Of a stretch of DNA of 64,000 nucleotides, positions 25,389 through 37,629 are shown one piece after another. Below the pieces are notes generated by a model that made no database searches, had not been told where the DNA came from, and saw only the letters and a list, made by a program, of their open reading frames with translations. The first letter of the stretch is position 1. Every line of letters begins with the position of its first letter. Source of the DNA: Lama guanicoe (lineage: Eukaryota). The DNA lies in assembly GCA_013239625.1 (NCBI GenBank), contig MU054323.1, positions 9,827,186 to 9,891,185 on the forward strand, given 5' to 3'. A program made the translations under genes and the position numbers.

Positions 25389-26007
25389 TACGCCTGCCTC
25401 CCCCAGGAGGATGTGAACTCTCCAAGGACAGGGACTGAGTCCTGTTCATTGTGGCCCAGCTGGGCCCAGTTGAGGGAGGTGGGGCACCGGCTCTGGGGTC
25501 TGAGGCTCCCAGCACAGTCCAGCAAGACTCTGAACCCAAGCAGTGCAATCAGCCAGGCCTTGGTCTCTTCCTTCCCCTGGCCAGGTGTCCCAGTGACTCA
25601 TGCCCTTTCCTGGAGGCCATGAACATGCCTCTGCCCAGACGCTGGTGCTGAGCTGCACTCCGCCCCACGGCTTCACTGACGTCAGCCTGCCTAGTGCCAT
25701 GCGGTCTGCACCAGCCTCCCCCACATGCCTGCTCTGCTCTGCTTTGTCTTGTCTCAGCCCTAGTGACAGCTCTCCTCCCTCTTGTGCCTGCCACATCCCT
25801 CCAGGAATCTTCTGGACTCTTGTCCCAACCATTGGTTCCTTAGGCTCTGTGCAGGCAGAATCATGGCTCCCCAAGGACATCAGGTCCTAATCACTACTAC
25901 CTGCAAGTGTTATCTTATAAGAAAAAAGATTCTTTGCAGATGTCACTTAATTAAGGCTCTTGAGATGGGAGTTATCCTGGATTATCCAAGTGGACCCTAA
26001 TGGTATT
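25389..26007 (+). repeat. Right arm of 619-bp inverted duplication
   Basis: Begins tacgcctgcctcccccagg, the reverse complement of the left-arm end ...gggggaggcaggcgta. Confidence 0.97.
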
Positions 26008-26362
26008 GCAGGTGTCCCTATAAGAGGAATAGAGGAAGATTTCACACACAAACACGCGCAGGCGCACACACACACACACAAACCACACACAAATGAGACG
26101 GCCATGTGAAGCTAGAATCAAAGCTTAGAGTAATGCAGCCACAAACCAAGGACTGTCAGCAGACCCCAGAAGCTGAAATAGGCAAGGAACAGATTCTCCC
26201 TTGGAGCCTCTGGAAGGAGTGTGGCCCTGCAGACACCTTGATGTCAGCCCAGCAATGCTGATTTTGGACTTCTGGCCTCCAGAACTGTGAAAGAAAAAAC
26301 ATTTTTGCTGTTTTAAGCTACCAAGTTTATGGCAATTTGTTATAGCACCACTGGAAACTATG
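25848..26362 (+). mobile_element. MLT1C/D-like MaLR LTR, apparently full length (element B)
   Basis: tgtgcaggcagaatcatggc...ctttgcagatg...gacttctggcctccagaactgtga...ggaaacta, about 510 bp. Confidence 0.88.
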
Positions 26363-26484
26363 GACCCCAAAGGGATGGACTTTGCTTTCCTAGTTTCTTT
26401 CAACACCCCTAGCTCAACAGCTGTCTTAGCTGCCTCTCTCCTCTGGTTTCTTACGGCCCCTTTCTCTAAGAACCTGGAATGATA

Positions 26485-26710
26485 ACCACCATTGATTGAG
26501 CACTACTACATGCGAGGCAGGAAGCCAACAGCTTCACATGGGCTACATCACTGATCCATGCAATAATCCTATGAGATGGGTACTGAAGCTAAAAGAAGTT
26601 AGGTGACTTGCCCAGGATCACTCAGCTAGAAGATGCTGGAGTTGGCGTCTAAACGCAGCTGTGTCTGATATCAAAGCCTGTGGCCATAGTCCTGGTGCCT
26701 CACTGCCCAA
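26485..26710 (-). mobile_element. MIR SINE
   Basis: caataatcctatgag...ggtgacttgcccaggatcactcagctag. Confidence 0.75.
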
Positions 26711-27739
26711 GTAGGGGCCTTGTCCAGTTTACTGTCAGTTCTCTAGAAGCCTAATGGCATAGCATACGAATAAAAACAGCTTATTATGGCCAAGTGTATC
26801 GGTCAGCACTTTTCATACATCATCTAATTTTTTAAATCATCAGATCAACTCCATGAGGTAGGAGCTATTAGTAATCCTTTTCACAGACAAGAAAGCTACC
26901 ACTAGTGGTAGAACCAGCACTGGGCCCTGGTGTCCTGGGGTCCGGGACCAGTGTCACTTCCTCTGATCCACTCCGCCTTCCGCCTGGAAGCACACTAGGC
27001 CATAATCTGACTTGGACACAGTTCAGACATCTGAAAGGCTTCTGTGTTGTCCAAAGTCTGGAGAACTTCCATCAAGTGTATGTGTGGAGCTTGCTTATTA
27101 GTTTCCAGAGAGTTCAAAACATCCACCGTGCCACAAAAATATTCCACTGCCCAGACATTCACAAACACACTGCCCACATTTTCAAAAGTCTCTCTACCTA
27201 GTCCTGTCTGCACCCTCCTTCCCCTTCTCATTAGAGAACTTGAGAGAGTTATAGGGCAAAATTAATATACTAAAATAATCTGCAAAATATAAATTATTAT
27301 AATGTTGATCATTATAACAATGAGCATATAAAAATTAGAGAAGAAGAAAAATGTTAAGGATTTCACCAGAATTTGTATGCCAAATGAAGCCTCTTTAAAA
27401 AGTATCTCAGCGGAGGCAGGTGGAGGGAAGACAGCCAGGGAAGAAATCAGATGAGACAGGAAGCAAGATTCTTTATATTTATAAATTCTGAATACCTGAA
27501 TTGATTTGTTTAGAATCAGTGGTAATTTGCATGCTGTCATATAAAATGTTGAACAACTTAATTGAAATAGCAAACCACACAACATGGCCAACAGACAACA
27601 TACTGCCTTTGGAAATGATTTAGGATTTCCGGGATCATTTTGGCTCTTTCAGAGGTTTGGGGAAAAAGAAGAGTTGAATGAAAGGGAGAAAAAACTGTCC
27701 ATGGTTGTCAACAGAAGTAGAATAAGGAAAAGAGAACAG

Positions 27740-27900
27740 GACAAGAGCTGAAAACCTAGTTTCAGTCTTGGCTCTGTCACTCACTTGTTGTGTGACCTTG
27801 GACAGAGCACTTGCCTTCTCTGGGATTCAGTTTTTCATATCTGCAGATGATTTCTATAATACCTTCAAATTCCATAAGGATATTTTTAAATAATCTAGAA
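27740..27900 (+). mobile_element. MIR SINE
   Basis: ggctctgtcactcacttgttgtgtgaccttggac...cagtttttcatatctg. Confidence 0.7.
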
Positions 27901-29004
27901 TCACAACCATGGTTTTTACTTTGTCTTGGTTTTGCTTTTCTTCTCACAGTCACACAGTTAATCAAGTAAGAGAATGAGATGTGGTTGCTGCTGAACACAC
28001 ACGTTTATCCAGAGGGCAAACCCACACAGACATCTGCTTAAAAATCTTCTGACAAAAGCTGTGTCTCACACCCAAATTCCAAGCTCAGTGGAACTGCCCT
28101 CGAGATGCCGGCTGGAACAGCCTTGCTACAGAGGAGGTCCGCAGAGGCCTCTGAGTCTCTCTCATTGCAACACTCCCAGAAAGCCAGCCCTGTCATTAGC
28201 CTGCAAAGTAAACATCGTTCTCGGCAAAAGCCCAGCCAGTCAGGGTCACCTGAAGTCAACCTCGCTCTTTTAAAGGGAGAGCTTTCACCATTCATCACTC
28301 CACCACTCCTGGCTCTAAAACACGAAAACAAACATGGGGCTCCCCTAGGAAGTCTCTCTGGCCTTTCATCCAAAATCACCAAAGGCTGTGGGCAGGACTC
28401 AGAATTACATTTCACCGGCTGGTCCAGACCATAGTTGGTCTGAGAAGAGAAACCGACACAGGGGACAGAGAGGCAGGGTTCTGGGGCTGGGGGTAAGAAA
28501 AGGGCCTCTCTGCTGCGAAGCCATGGAGCTTTGGGTGGTACTGACATATTCAGAACATTTTATCTGGAGTCCAGAGTTTAGACTTATTCATAAGCATTTC
28601 TTTATACTGAGTATTTACCACATCATTTTGTTCTTGTTAATTAAGATGCTGCTTCATTATATTAAAGCTTCATCCTGTGTGTGTGTCTTGAATCCTCACC
28701 TAGCTAGCCAATTCTTCAAAGGCAAAGGAAGTTCCAATTGTTTGCTTTCTAAGCCCAACAAGGGGCCCAGTGCAGAACTGAACCAACATAGGCAGACTGC
28801 CTTGGCCAAGGAGTCAACAGCAGCTCTTCAATGTGCCCCAAAGCCCTTCCCTCACCAGGTCATCTTTAACCATTTCTGTGACCCACAAAGCACTACTTTC
28901 TCCCCCAGGTCTGTGAAGATGAAGGAGGGCATTGAGGCAAGTGTTATTAGGTTCCTACACAGTCCAGGCTAGTTTATACCCCATCTGGGACTTAATAATA
29001 ATTT

Positions 29005-29147
29005 TTTAAATTTTTATTTATTTATTTTTTGGTGGGGGGAGGTAATTAGTTTCATTTACTTAGTTTTTAGTGGAGGTGCTAGGGGTTGAACCCAGGACCT
29101 TGTGCATGCTAAGCATGCACTCTACCACTGAGCTACACCCTCCCTGC
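29005..29147 (-). mobile_element. tRNA-derived SINE (camelid-type)
   Basis: ggggaggtaattag...ggttgaacccaggaccttgtgcatgctaagcatgcactctaccactgagcta. TSD cttaataataattt (28991-29004) / cttaataatgattt (29148-29161). Confidence 0.9.
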
Positions 29148-29164
29148 CTTAATAATGATTTAAA

Positions 29165-29400
29165 AAAAATAATAATACCTAACATTTATTGAGTACTTAC
29201 TATATACAGACACTGCTAAGCGCTTTAGTTTGCAATGCAATTCATGACAACTCTATGAGACAGCTATTCCTCTCATCCTCATTTTATCGATGAAAAGACT
29301 GGGACTCAAGGTCCACACCTAACAAATGGCAGACCTGGGATTCAGGTCAGGGCTGGATGACTTGACTTTTGTGCTTTAATATCTTAAGATACACTGCTTC
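29165..29400 (-). mobile_element. MIR SINE
   Basis: ctaacatttattgagtacttactat...cattttatcgatgaaaagactggg...tggcagacctgggattc. Confidence 0.78.
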
Positions 29401-30624
29401 CCGAACTAGCTGTCCTTCAGAGCAGAGATTCTGTCTTTTTCTTTTCTGTACCGTTACGGAGCCTAGAGGAATCCTGAGCAATAGTAGACTCTCGGCATCT
29501 GCCTGTTAGCTGACTGATTAGTGGGAGACCCATGCCCGGAGCAGTCAAACACTAGAAACGAGTGACAAAAGGATGGAGAGGGACCCACAGAGAGTTTGGA
29601 GAGCTGCTCAAAGCCAGAACAATTTAGGGTGAGGGAGTATAGGCACAGAGACCCCTTCTAGGCAATACTCAGAAACTTACAGAAAGCCCTGAGAAGGAAG
29701 ATGGCCTTCTCTCCTCTGAGGAAGACTCTCCAAGGAATAATGAGGCATCCAGATACAGCAAGGGCACAGGGGTGGCTTTGGGACCAAACCTCATGCACTG
29801 TCCCCACCCATGATGGTCACTAAGGAGCCAGTGTTGCTCTTTGCATGAAACTGCTCATGTGTTATCCTGGCTGACATCCAATTTAGAAAAAGGCACATGG
29901 TTCAACTGTTCCCACACTTTGGGCGGTAGGTAGAATTTTTCTTCCTTTTCCGACACTAAAGATGTGAAGGATTGCAGCCCCATTTTCCTAATGGCTTATG
30001 TTTCAATATTTTACTTGCAAATTAATTATTTGGAACTGAGAACATATTTCCGATAGGAAAACATATTATTTAAACAGGGTGGGATCTCAGGTAGGTCCTA
30101 AAGGCCTTATTTTACCCGCTGTTAATAGTATTGAGTCTGATGGTACATATCACCTACAAATAATCACATGTTTGTGTAGGAAAACGCATTCTCCATTCTA
30201 CATCAGCATTCCAGGACAGGATCCCCCCTAGCCCTTGAAGTAAGAATTCCTGAGAATGAGAAGACTGGCAGCTCTGTGGTACCCCACAGCTTTCCAACGG
30301 GGTTTGGACAGGAAATTAGGATATGAGGGCATAAAATTTAATAGATCATGTCTTGCTGAAACAAAGAGTTTACCAACACCCTTGATACCTGTTGGCTCTG
30401 GATGGCACACAGGAGGGTATAAGTCATACTCCTGACCTCCTTCAGGGCATCTTAAAGTTCAAAGGGATTTCCACCATACTCAGCCTGTTAAATCCCTGAA
30501 GCAAAGAGATCACCTAGTTTCCAGCTCCATCCCACGACCCCATCCTCCACCTATTACTCCAAGCTAAGGGACCAGGAGTTGAAGAAGGAATTCCTTCAAG
30601 GAGCAACTTATTAAAAAAAAAAAT

Positions 30625-30880
30625 CATTATAATAGCTACTACCGTTTTTTGAGTACTTTTTACCAAAGACCTTATAATTTATTCTGTTTTAATTTAGTAA
30701 ATTCTCACAACAACTCTATGTGTAGATTTATCATTAGCCTCGCTTAGAATATGAGGAAATTGAGGTTTAGCAAGCTTAAGTAAACTGTCTTATTATACTG
30801 TAATACACAGAAGAATCAGTATTCAAACCTCAGTCTGTATTAAACCCCAGATTCCAGGCCATTAACTTCTATGCTGCACT
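30625..30880 (-). mobile_element. MIR SINE
   Basis: aatagctac...ttctcacaacaactctatg...atgaggaaattgagg...attcaaacctcag. Confidence 0.72.
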
Positions 30881-31639
30881 TGTTTTTCCTGATTTAAAGA
30901 AAAAAAAATCCAAAAAAAGAGACCACAAAACAAAATTTTCCGTAAGTATGTTTTAAAAATACATATTTTTACTTACATGATCATCTTGAAAATAGAAGAA
31001 TATTCTGGATCATTGGGCAGTCTAATTATAACTGAGTCCTGCCACACAATTTAATGGCTCCCTTATGTTTTGTTTGTGATTGATTTCTAGCCAAGAGAGG
31101 CCAAGTATGATTATGACACATTGAGTACCCGAGGGTTTTATAGTCAACTGAACTGAGACAAACTGGGGGAGACTTACCTCCCCCATGCAGTCACACAGGG
31201 CATAGCAGGATAGGTATGCCAAACTTACAAGGATTTGCCCCTTAGGCACCATCCTCCCATTGGAAGCAGATACTCTACACAGATTCCATCCTTCTCTATC
31301 CAGCACTGCACACTATGCTAACGCATCATTTCAAAAACTAGCTACTTGGCTGCTAAATTGCTTTAGTCCCCAGTGAGAATTATTCAGAAATCAAGTTTTT
31401 CACCAAGTCCCTTCTTAGCTATTCTTCTTTCTTGGTGATGCAATGAGTAGTTATAAATAGCCTCTAGCATTTTCTCATTTGCCTACTTAGCAGAAACTCT
31501 TAAAAAACAAGAAGACAGAAATCGTTGATTCAATCCCATATGAGTACCACATCAAACTTGTTTATGAAAAAGGAAGAATCACAAAGTTTAACATTAGAAA
31601 AAGTGGAAGAGAAGAAAGCAGAGAAAAAGCAGTTCAACT

Positions 31640-32022
31640 GGGAGTACAAAATGAGATTATAAAAATAAATCCAAATATCAGTAATCACAATAAATGTAAA
31701 TGGATTAAATTGACATTAAAAACAGAGAAAATATTAGATTGAAAAATACTATAAATCCAAATATATTTTTTTAACAAGAGATTTGCTAAACTGTAAGAAT
31801 GCAGAAGGATAGAAAATAGAAGCATGAAGAAAGACAGAGCCAGCAAATACTAACCAAAAAAAACCCAGAACAAAATGAAAGTTAATGTGGCTATTACATC
31901 AGACAAATGAGTTTAAGACAAAAAGCATTATTAGGGATAAAGTGAGTCACTACATTTTGATAAAAATGTTAATTCATTAGGTAGATGTAATAACTCTAAA
32001 TGTGTATGTACTTGAAAATTCA
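31640..32022 (+). mobile_element. Old L1M fragment (ORF2 5' region)
   Basis: atcagtaatcacaataaatgtaaatggattaaa...gcaaatactaacc...gtggctattacatcagacaaa. Confidence 0.7.
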
Positions 32023-32050
32023 TGTAGGGGGAATCATTTGAAATGGTCCT

Positions 32051-32189
32051 TTTTTTTTTTTTTTACTTTCTTTTTGTGGGGAGGTAATTAGGTTTATTCA
32101 CTTAATTTTTAGAGGAGGTACTGGGGATTGAACCCAGGACCTAGTGCATGCTAAGCATGCACACTGCTACTTGAGCTATACCCTCCCCC
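32051..32189 (-). mobile_element. tRNA-derived SINE (camelid-type)
   Basis: poly(T) followed by ggggaggtaattaggtttatt...ggtactggggattgaacccaggacc. TSD tgaaatggtcct (32039-32050) / tgcaatggtcct (32190-32201). Confidence 0.9.
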
Positions 32190-33464
32190 TGCAATGGTCC
32201 TAAAGGATGAGTGAGAGTTTGCCAGAAAGACAAGGGGAGATGACCAGGGAGAAGACCACGCCAGACAGAGGAAACATCATGCACCAAAATCCAGAGAGGT
32301 GAGAAAACACAGCATGTACAGAGGTCTAAGTACTGGATAATTACATTGATGAAGCCTTAGTTTCTACGACAGTTTCATGTACCAGAAAGAACTGGACCAA
32401 ATTTCTCTTCAGCATAAAACCAAAACCACTAGAGAAAGACTGCCACTTCCATGGGGAAGGAGAGGAGTAAAAGGAGTTAATGATTTCATTTTCCCTGGCA
32501 AATCGGGCACTGCAGATTCACAACAGCCCAGAGTAATTCACTCGGTGATGTCATTTTAACCTTGGATAATGGCATATCTTAAATAATCATGTGACAAATA
32601 CCCTTTGGCTGTTGCTGAGAGGTCTAAACAAGACCAGCAGCATTTCCCATCCTTAGAGAGCTAGCCAGCTGCCTCAGTTCCTCACTTTCATAATTACAAT
32701 CTGACTTGTTACATGTAATAAAAAGAGGGTAAGAAAGGAGAAAGAAAAACAAGTACGGAAACTCTTTCATATTAGCATCATGACCTAATGCATCCACTTG
32801 ATGTCAGTTGGCAAAGGAAGCAGAAGATCCAGTTTGACAAAAGAAGATCCAGAATAGCTACACAATGGGATCCTGAGCTGGGAACAGCCTTTATATATTG
32901 TCAGTTTCCATCATGACAAGTAATTCGCTCAGTCGAGAACAAAACACCTTCAAGAGCAGCCAAAAAGTTTCAGGAAATAATGCGTCCTTTAGAAGGAAAT
33001 GCTTTTTAAAATTTCAGATAATTCAGACAATTTTTGTCCCTTGAATTGGGACCCCATTTTTGCTACTACTTTTAGGAAATTATCTAACATGTGGTGGGAA
33101 TTGACACTTATCTACCCATTTTTAATTTTGGTGATGCAAACTGGAAAATGAGAAGAGGCAGGAGGGATGGGGAGAGGGGTTGTTTCCTTTTCTGGGTTCT
33201 TCAAAAATGTCCTTTTCTGAGATAAGCCTGGTTTTTGCTTTAATCACAGCAAAAAGCATTCTCTACATCAGAGGAAGTGAAGGACAGGCCCTGAACCCTG
33301 TGCCCTATTTTCTCTCTAGGTATCCAGGTTCATCCTCTGCCCCACAAGGAGCTCTTTTCCCCTCTTCTCTTGTTCATTCCTCCTTTCTTTGTTCATTCCT
33401 CAGTTTCTGCGTAAGAATGGCAGAACTCACGCAACCAGTACTTTATGTAGAAGCTTCTTTATTC

Positions 33465-34200
33465 TAATAATTCAGCAAGTATTTATCAAGTACCTGCCGC
33501 CTGCTAGCACTGTTCTCAGTGCCAGGAATACTGCAATGAACAAAGCAAACAGAAACCCCCACTGAGCTCCCCTGGAGGGCCGCCAGGGAAGGTGGCTCAG
33601 AGGAAGTGCTATCTGAGCTGACATCTGAATAATGAAAAAGGAGGAAGCCCAGGGGAGAATACTTGCAAGAATGTTCCAACCAGAGGGACCAGCCTAATGC
33701 AAAGGCTTTGAGAAGAGCATCAGCTCCATGTGTTCCAGGAAAAGGAATTCAGTGAGCCATTCCTGGGATCCAGTCACCCGCACATTAAGGCCACTTGTAG
33801 CTTCTAGGTCACTGGGCTGGCACCATGCCAAGAGAGAAAGACGTGCCCCCTGCCGAGGTGAGAAGTTCAGATTCGGAAGGGTCTCTAATTCCATTCCAGG
33901 CTACTGCGCTGGGTTGGGGGGGAGGGGAAGCCTGTGCTTTCAGAAAGTCAGTGTGGCAGCCGTGGGCAGTAGCACCCAGTAGAGAGAGACTAGAGCCTGA
34001 GGAACAGAGAAGGGAGGCTGGTGCAACAGTCCCGGTTCCAAAGGTGGTGGCAGAGAGCAAGAGAAAGATGAGGCCTCTCTAAGAAACGGAGAGTGGGCGT
34101 GGTGTCTTCAAGAGAAGAATCATCAGTTTGGATGAGAAAGAATGGAGGATTCGGAATATGAAATAAGAGAAGTTAGCTTGGGGCATTTTGCCCATAGTGT
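33465..34200 (-). mobile_element. L2 LINE remnant
   Basis: attcagcaagtatttatcaagtacc...ctgagctgacatctgaataatg...gttccaaccagagggaccagcctaatgcaaaggc. Confidence 0.7.
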
Positions 34201-35164
34201 TCCAAAGTCTGAGTAAATGCAGGAGAGAGAATCCTTTAGCGGTCTGAACTGAGAGCATTAAAGACTCAATGAATCAGGGGAGGAAGACCAGGTTCACAGC
34301 AGACCCGGGGGACCAAGGGCCTGGAGCTAATGCACGGATATATTCACACACTCAAAGTCACAGAGCAATAATCACAGGTGCCTTTTCAGTGTGTGCCTGG
34401 TAAAGGGAAATGAGCTAAAAGCATCTTTTTTATGCAGAAGGTAGGAGGACCAGCCTCTGTCTTTATAGAGTGCATCCTCAATGCCTTTTAAAAACCTTTG
34501 TTCCCTCACAGTAAACATAAAAATCATGAACACCTTCTTAAAGTTATTTTGAAATTTCAAAATAAAAATAGTAACTAAAAGCAAAGCAAGGTGATTTCAG
34601 AATGTTTCTTTAAGTTACCTTTGCCCCTTCTGCCCAGACTTTAGCAGGGACCCTTCTGACCTAAGGGCTTTCCGGGAGGATCCCTGCTGAGTTGTCAAGC
34701 CTGAAAGCATGGCCATATCTGCACATCAGCTTTGGGCTGGGTTCACTAAAGGGAAAAGGAAAAGGCAAAGGCTTAGGGGACTGCCAAAGCGTGTCTTTAA
34801 AAATATGTAGATGGGTTTAGTCAAGTAAACGAGAAGGATCCTGGAGGTGAAGAGAGAGCTTAGCTTGCTTCAAAGCACAAAGCTAGGCTCAGAACTCAAA
34901 ATTGCAGAGGGGAAAAAAAGTTTCAGATTAAAAAAAAAAATCTCACTAAAGATTGTAAAGATCAGAACTTTCCAACGGTGGAAGTGGTAAACACCCAGAA
35001 CTGTAGGTAAGCTAGGTTGTAAAGCAGGTGCCTCCCTTGGGTCTAAGGGCCCTTCCAACACTTTTGTTCTCTGATTTGGTTTATATCTAAATGCGACAAG
35101 CACGGCATTGAGTGAGGGTGCTCACAAAGACTTTTGTTTTCTCTCTCTTCAGGAATAGCCAACT

Positions 35165-35990
35165 AAAAAGAAATATCAGCATCATTAGCCAGTAGAGAAA
35201 GACAAAGCAAAATAACAATAAGATGTCATTTCCCACTCTCTAGGATGGCTTTAACAAAAAAGACAAACAATAATGAGTGTTGACAAGGATGTGGAGAAAT
35301 CAGAACCTTTATATGTTGCTAGTGGGAATGTGAAATAGTACAGCCTCTTTGGAAAACAGCCTGGCAATTCCCCAAAATGTTACACATAAGAGTTACCATA
35401 TGATCCAGCAATTTCATCCTAAGTATACATTCAAGAGAAATGAAAACATACGTCTACACAAAAACTTGTTTGTGAATGTTCATAGCAGCATTATTCATAA
35501 TAACCAAAAACAACTCAAATATTCATTGGAAACAATTCAAATGTCCATCCTTTGATGAATGGATAAATAAAATGTGGTATATCTGTACAGCAGAATGTTA
35601 TTCAGCAGCAAAAAGGAAGTCCTGACACATACTACAACATGGGTGAAACTTGAAGCACTGTAAGTGAAAGAAGCCAGTCACGAAAGACTACATATTGTAG
35701 GATGTCAACTATATGAAATGTCCAGAATAGGCACATCTGTAGATACCTAAAGTAAGTTAGTGATTGTCTAGGGTTGGGAGTTGGGGAGGAGTTTGGGAGG
35801 AAATAGGGAGTGACTGCTAATGGCAATACAGTTTCCTTTTGGGATAATGAAAATGTTCTAAAGTTAATTGTGATAATTACTGGACAACTCTGAATTTCAA
35901 AAAACCGACATGCACACTTAAAGCAGATAAAGTATACATGTGGCATGTGAATTATATCTCAATAAGACTGTTAACCAAAACAAACAAACA
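35165..35990 (+). mobile_element. L1MB/MC-like 3' end
   Basis: ORF2 C-terminal motifs (gatccagcaattt, gttcatagcagcattattcataat) and a 3' UTR ending gtgaattatatctcaataa. Confidence 0.88.
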
Positions 35991-36092
35991 ACTACCAAAA
36001 AAACCCAGCATTCTAGCACCAAGGTCAGAATGCAAACTGACTGGTGAATCCCAGAACAGTTTAGATTTGTGCTGTCAATACCTAGGAGGCAG

Positions 36093-36456
36093 TGGGAGAG
36101 AAAAAAAAGGAAGAGAGAGAGGAGAAAGAAGAAAGAAAGAAAGAAAAGGAAGAAAGAAAGAAAGAAAGAAAAGAAGGAAGGAAGGAAGAAAGAAGGAAGA
36201 AAGAAGGAAAGAGAAAGAAAGGAAGAAAGGAAGAAAGAAAGAAAGGAAGAAAGAAAGGAAGGAAGGAAGAAAGAAAAGAAGGAAAGAAAGATAGGAAGGG
36301 GAAAAGAAGGGAAGGGAAGAAGGAAAAAAAGACAGAAAGGGAGGAGGAAGGAAGGAAGAAAGAAAAGAGGGAAAGAAAGATAGGAAGGGGAAAAGAAGGG
36401 AGGGGAAGAAGGAAAAAAAGACAGAAAGGGAGGAGGAAGGAAGGAAAAAGAAAAAA
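36093..36456 (+). repeat. GA-rich polypurine low-complexity tract with internal 89-bp tandem duplication
   Basis: Almost only A and G. The markers ataggaagg (36291, 36380) and gacagaaagg (36331, 36420) recur at period 89. Confidence 0.92.
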
Positions 36457-36658
36457 CTACTCAGCAAAATGGGAAGTAAAATTTTGGTATAACTGTTATT
36501 TATAATTTGCTAATTAAAGCAAGATATCTACCACATAAACATCTGCTTCTGAATTCTGACACTAGAGGTGTTTTCAGAATGATTCCTCTTGAATTTCCAG
36601 ATAGCATCACCCTGAGAGCCAGACAGTAGAGCCCCCTGCCCTGCACCCTGTATTTACC

Positions 36659-36660
<2 letters not shown>

Positions 36661-36699
<39 letters not shown>
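36661..36699. repeat. (TACA)n-(CA)n microsatellite
   Basis: Direct reading. Confidence 0.95.
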
Positions 36700-36700
<1 letters not shown>

Positions 36701-37511
36701 TAACTTGATTAAAGGCCATACGGGTGCCACTGGTCCCTGAGATCCAGCACTCCTTGCTGGCCCATTGTAATCCATGATCCTGAACATTTCTTCTTGACCT
36801 AACACCATCTTGGACTCACAGGAACTGTTCTGTACCTCTTTTGCCCTGTCTTCAAAACAAAAGGTTTGTGGGTTGTCTTCCTGCCCATATTAGAAATTAA
36901 AACTGCTCTGAAAAGACCTGAGTGGCAGAAGCTCTTAGGTAAGAAAAGACGAACGAATTAAGTTGTCAAATCCTTCCTCTCAAAGAGTATGCATGCAATA
37001 GATTCTTGCATAACAAAGTATCATTATCCCGGAGTGCTGAGCATTCCTTTTCTTGCTTCTCTTTGTGTTCCATCTCACAGCCCTGGAGGTACTAGAGAAT
37101 TAGATGGTATTTGCAACAGTTGCTCAGGTGACTGAGGATATTTCACAACAGCAAACCATTCGTATTACTTTTAGAATGTAAATATGTAGATGTAGCTTGC
37201 ATGAGGCACAATACTGATTCTTTATATTGAAAACTAGATGGGTATTAAACGTAAGACTGCAATAATTTAATTTTTATATATTTAATAAGATTTAATCAAA
37301 TATTCAAAGACAAATTTAAAAGTTCATCTATATTTAAATAATTTTTATATAAAATGTTGATATATTCATGTATTATTTTATTTTATCTTTAGTTTTAATA
37401 GATAATACAAATATTTTAAAATAATACTTTTTGAAAACATTCAAAGTAATTATAATTTAAAGTGTACATTCACTTTAACTTACATTTTTATAAAAATACA
37501 CTCAAACTTTA

Positions 37512-37629
37512 GGGGGAGGGTAGAGTGCTCAGTGGTAGTCCTGGGTTCAATCCCTAGTACCTCCATTAAAATAAATGAATAAATAAATAAGTAAATACCT
37601 AATTATACCCACTCTTCTCAAAAAAAAAA
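37512..37629 (+). mobile_element. tRNA-derived SINE (camelid-type) with internal deletion
   Basis: gggggagggtagagtgctcagtggtag|tcctgggttcaatccctagtacctcc...cctaatta...poly(A). It lacks the gcatgcttagcatgc segment present in the other copies. Confidence 0.8.

Noticed and set aside
22925..25880. Identical 144-aa ORFs on opposite strands, suggesting duplicated genes
   Set aside because: A by-product of the inverted duplication. They begin in MLT1 sequence and have no recognisable domain.
28388..28972. 194-aa ORF, the longest in the window
   Set aside because: Non-ATG start, no recognisable homology or splice structure. It is compatible with a chance ORF.
35938..36505. Lys/Arg/Glu-rich and Phe/Ser/Leu-rich ORFs
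   Set aside because: Artefacts of translating the GA low-complexity tract.
37250..37500. Very AT-rich block as an origin or matrix-attachment element
   Set aside because: Composition alone is not evidence. It may be a decayed transposon.
24230..37629. tRNA-like A/B boxes as tRNA genes
   Set aside because: They are SINE heads with A-rich tails and TSDs, not complete cloverleaf tRNAs.
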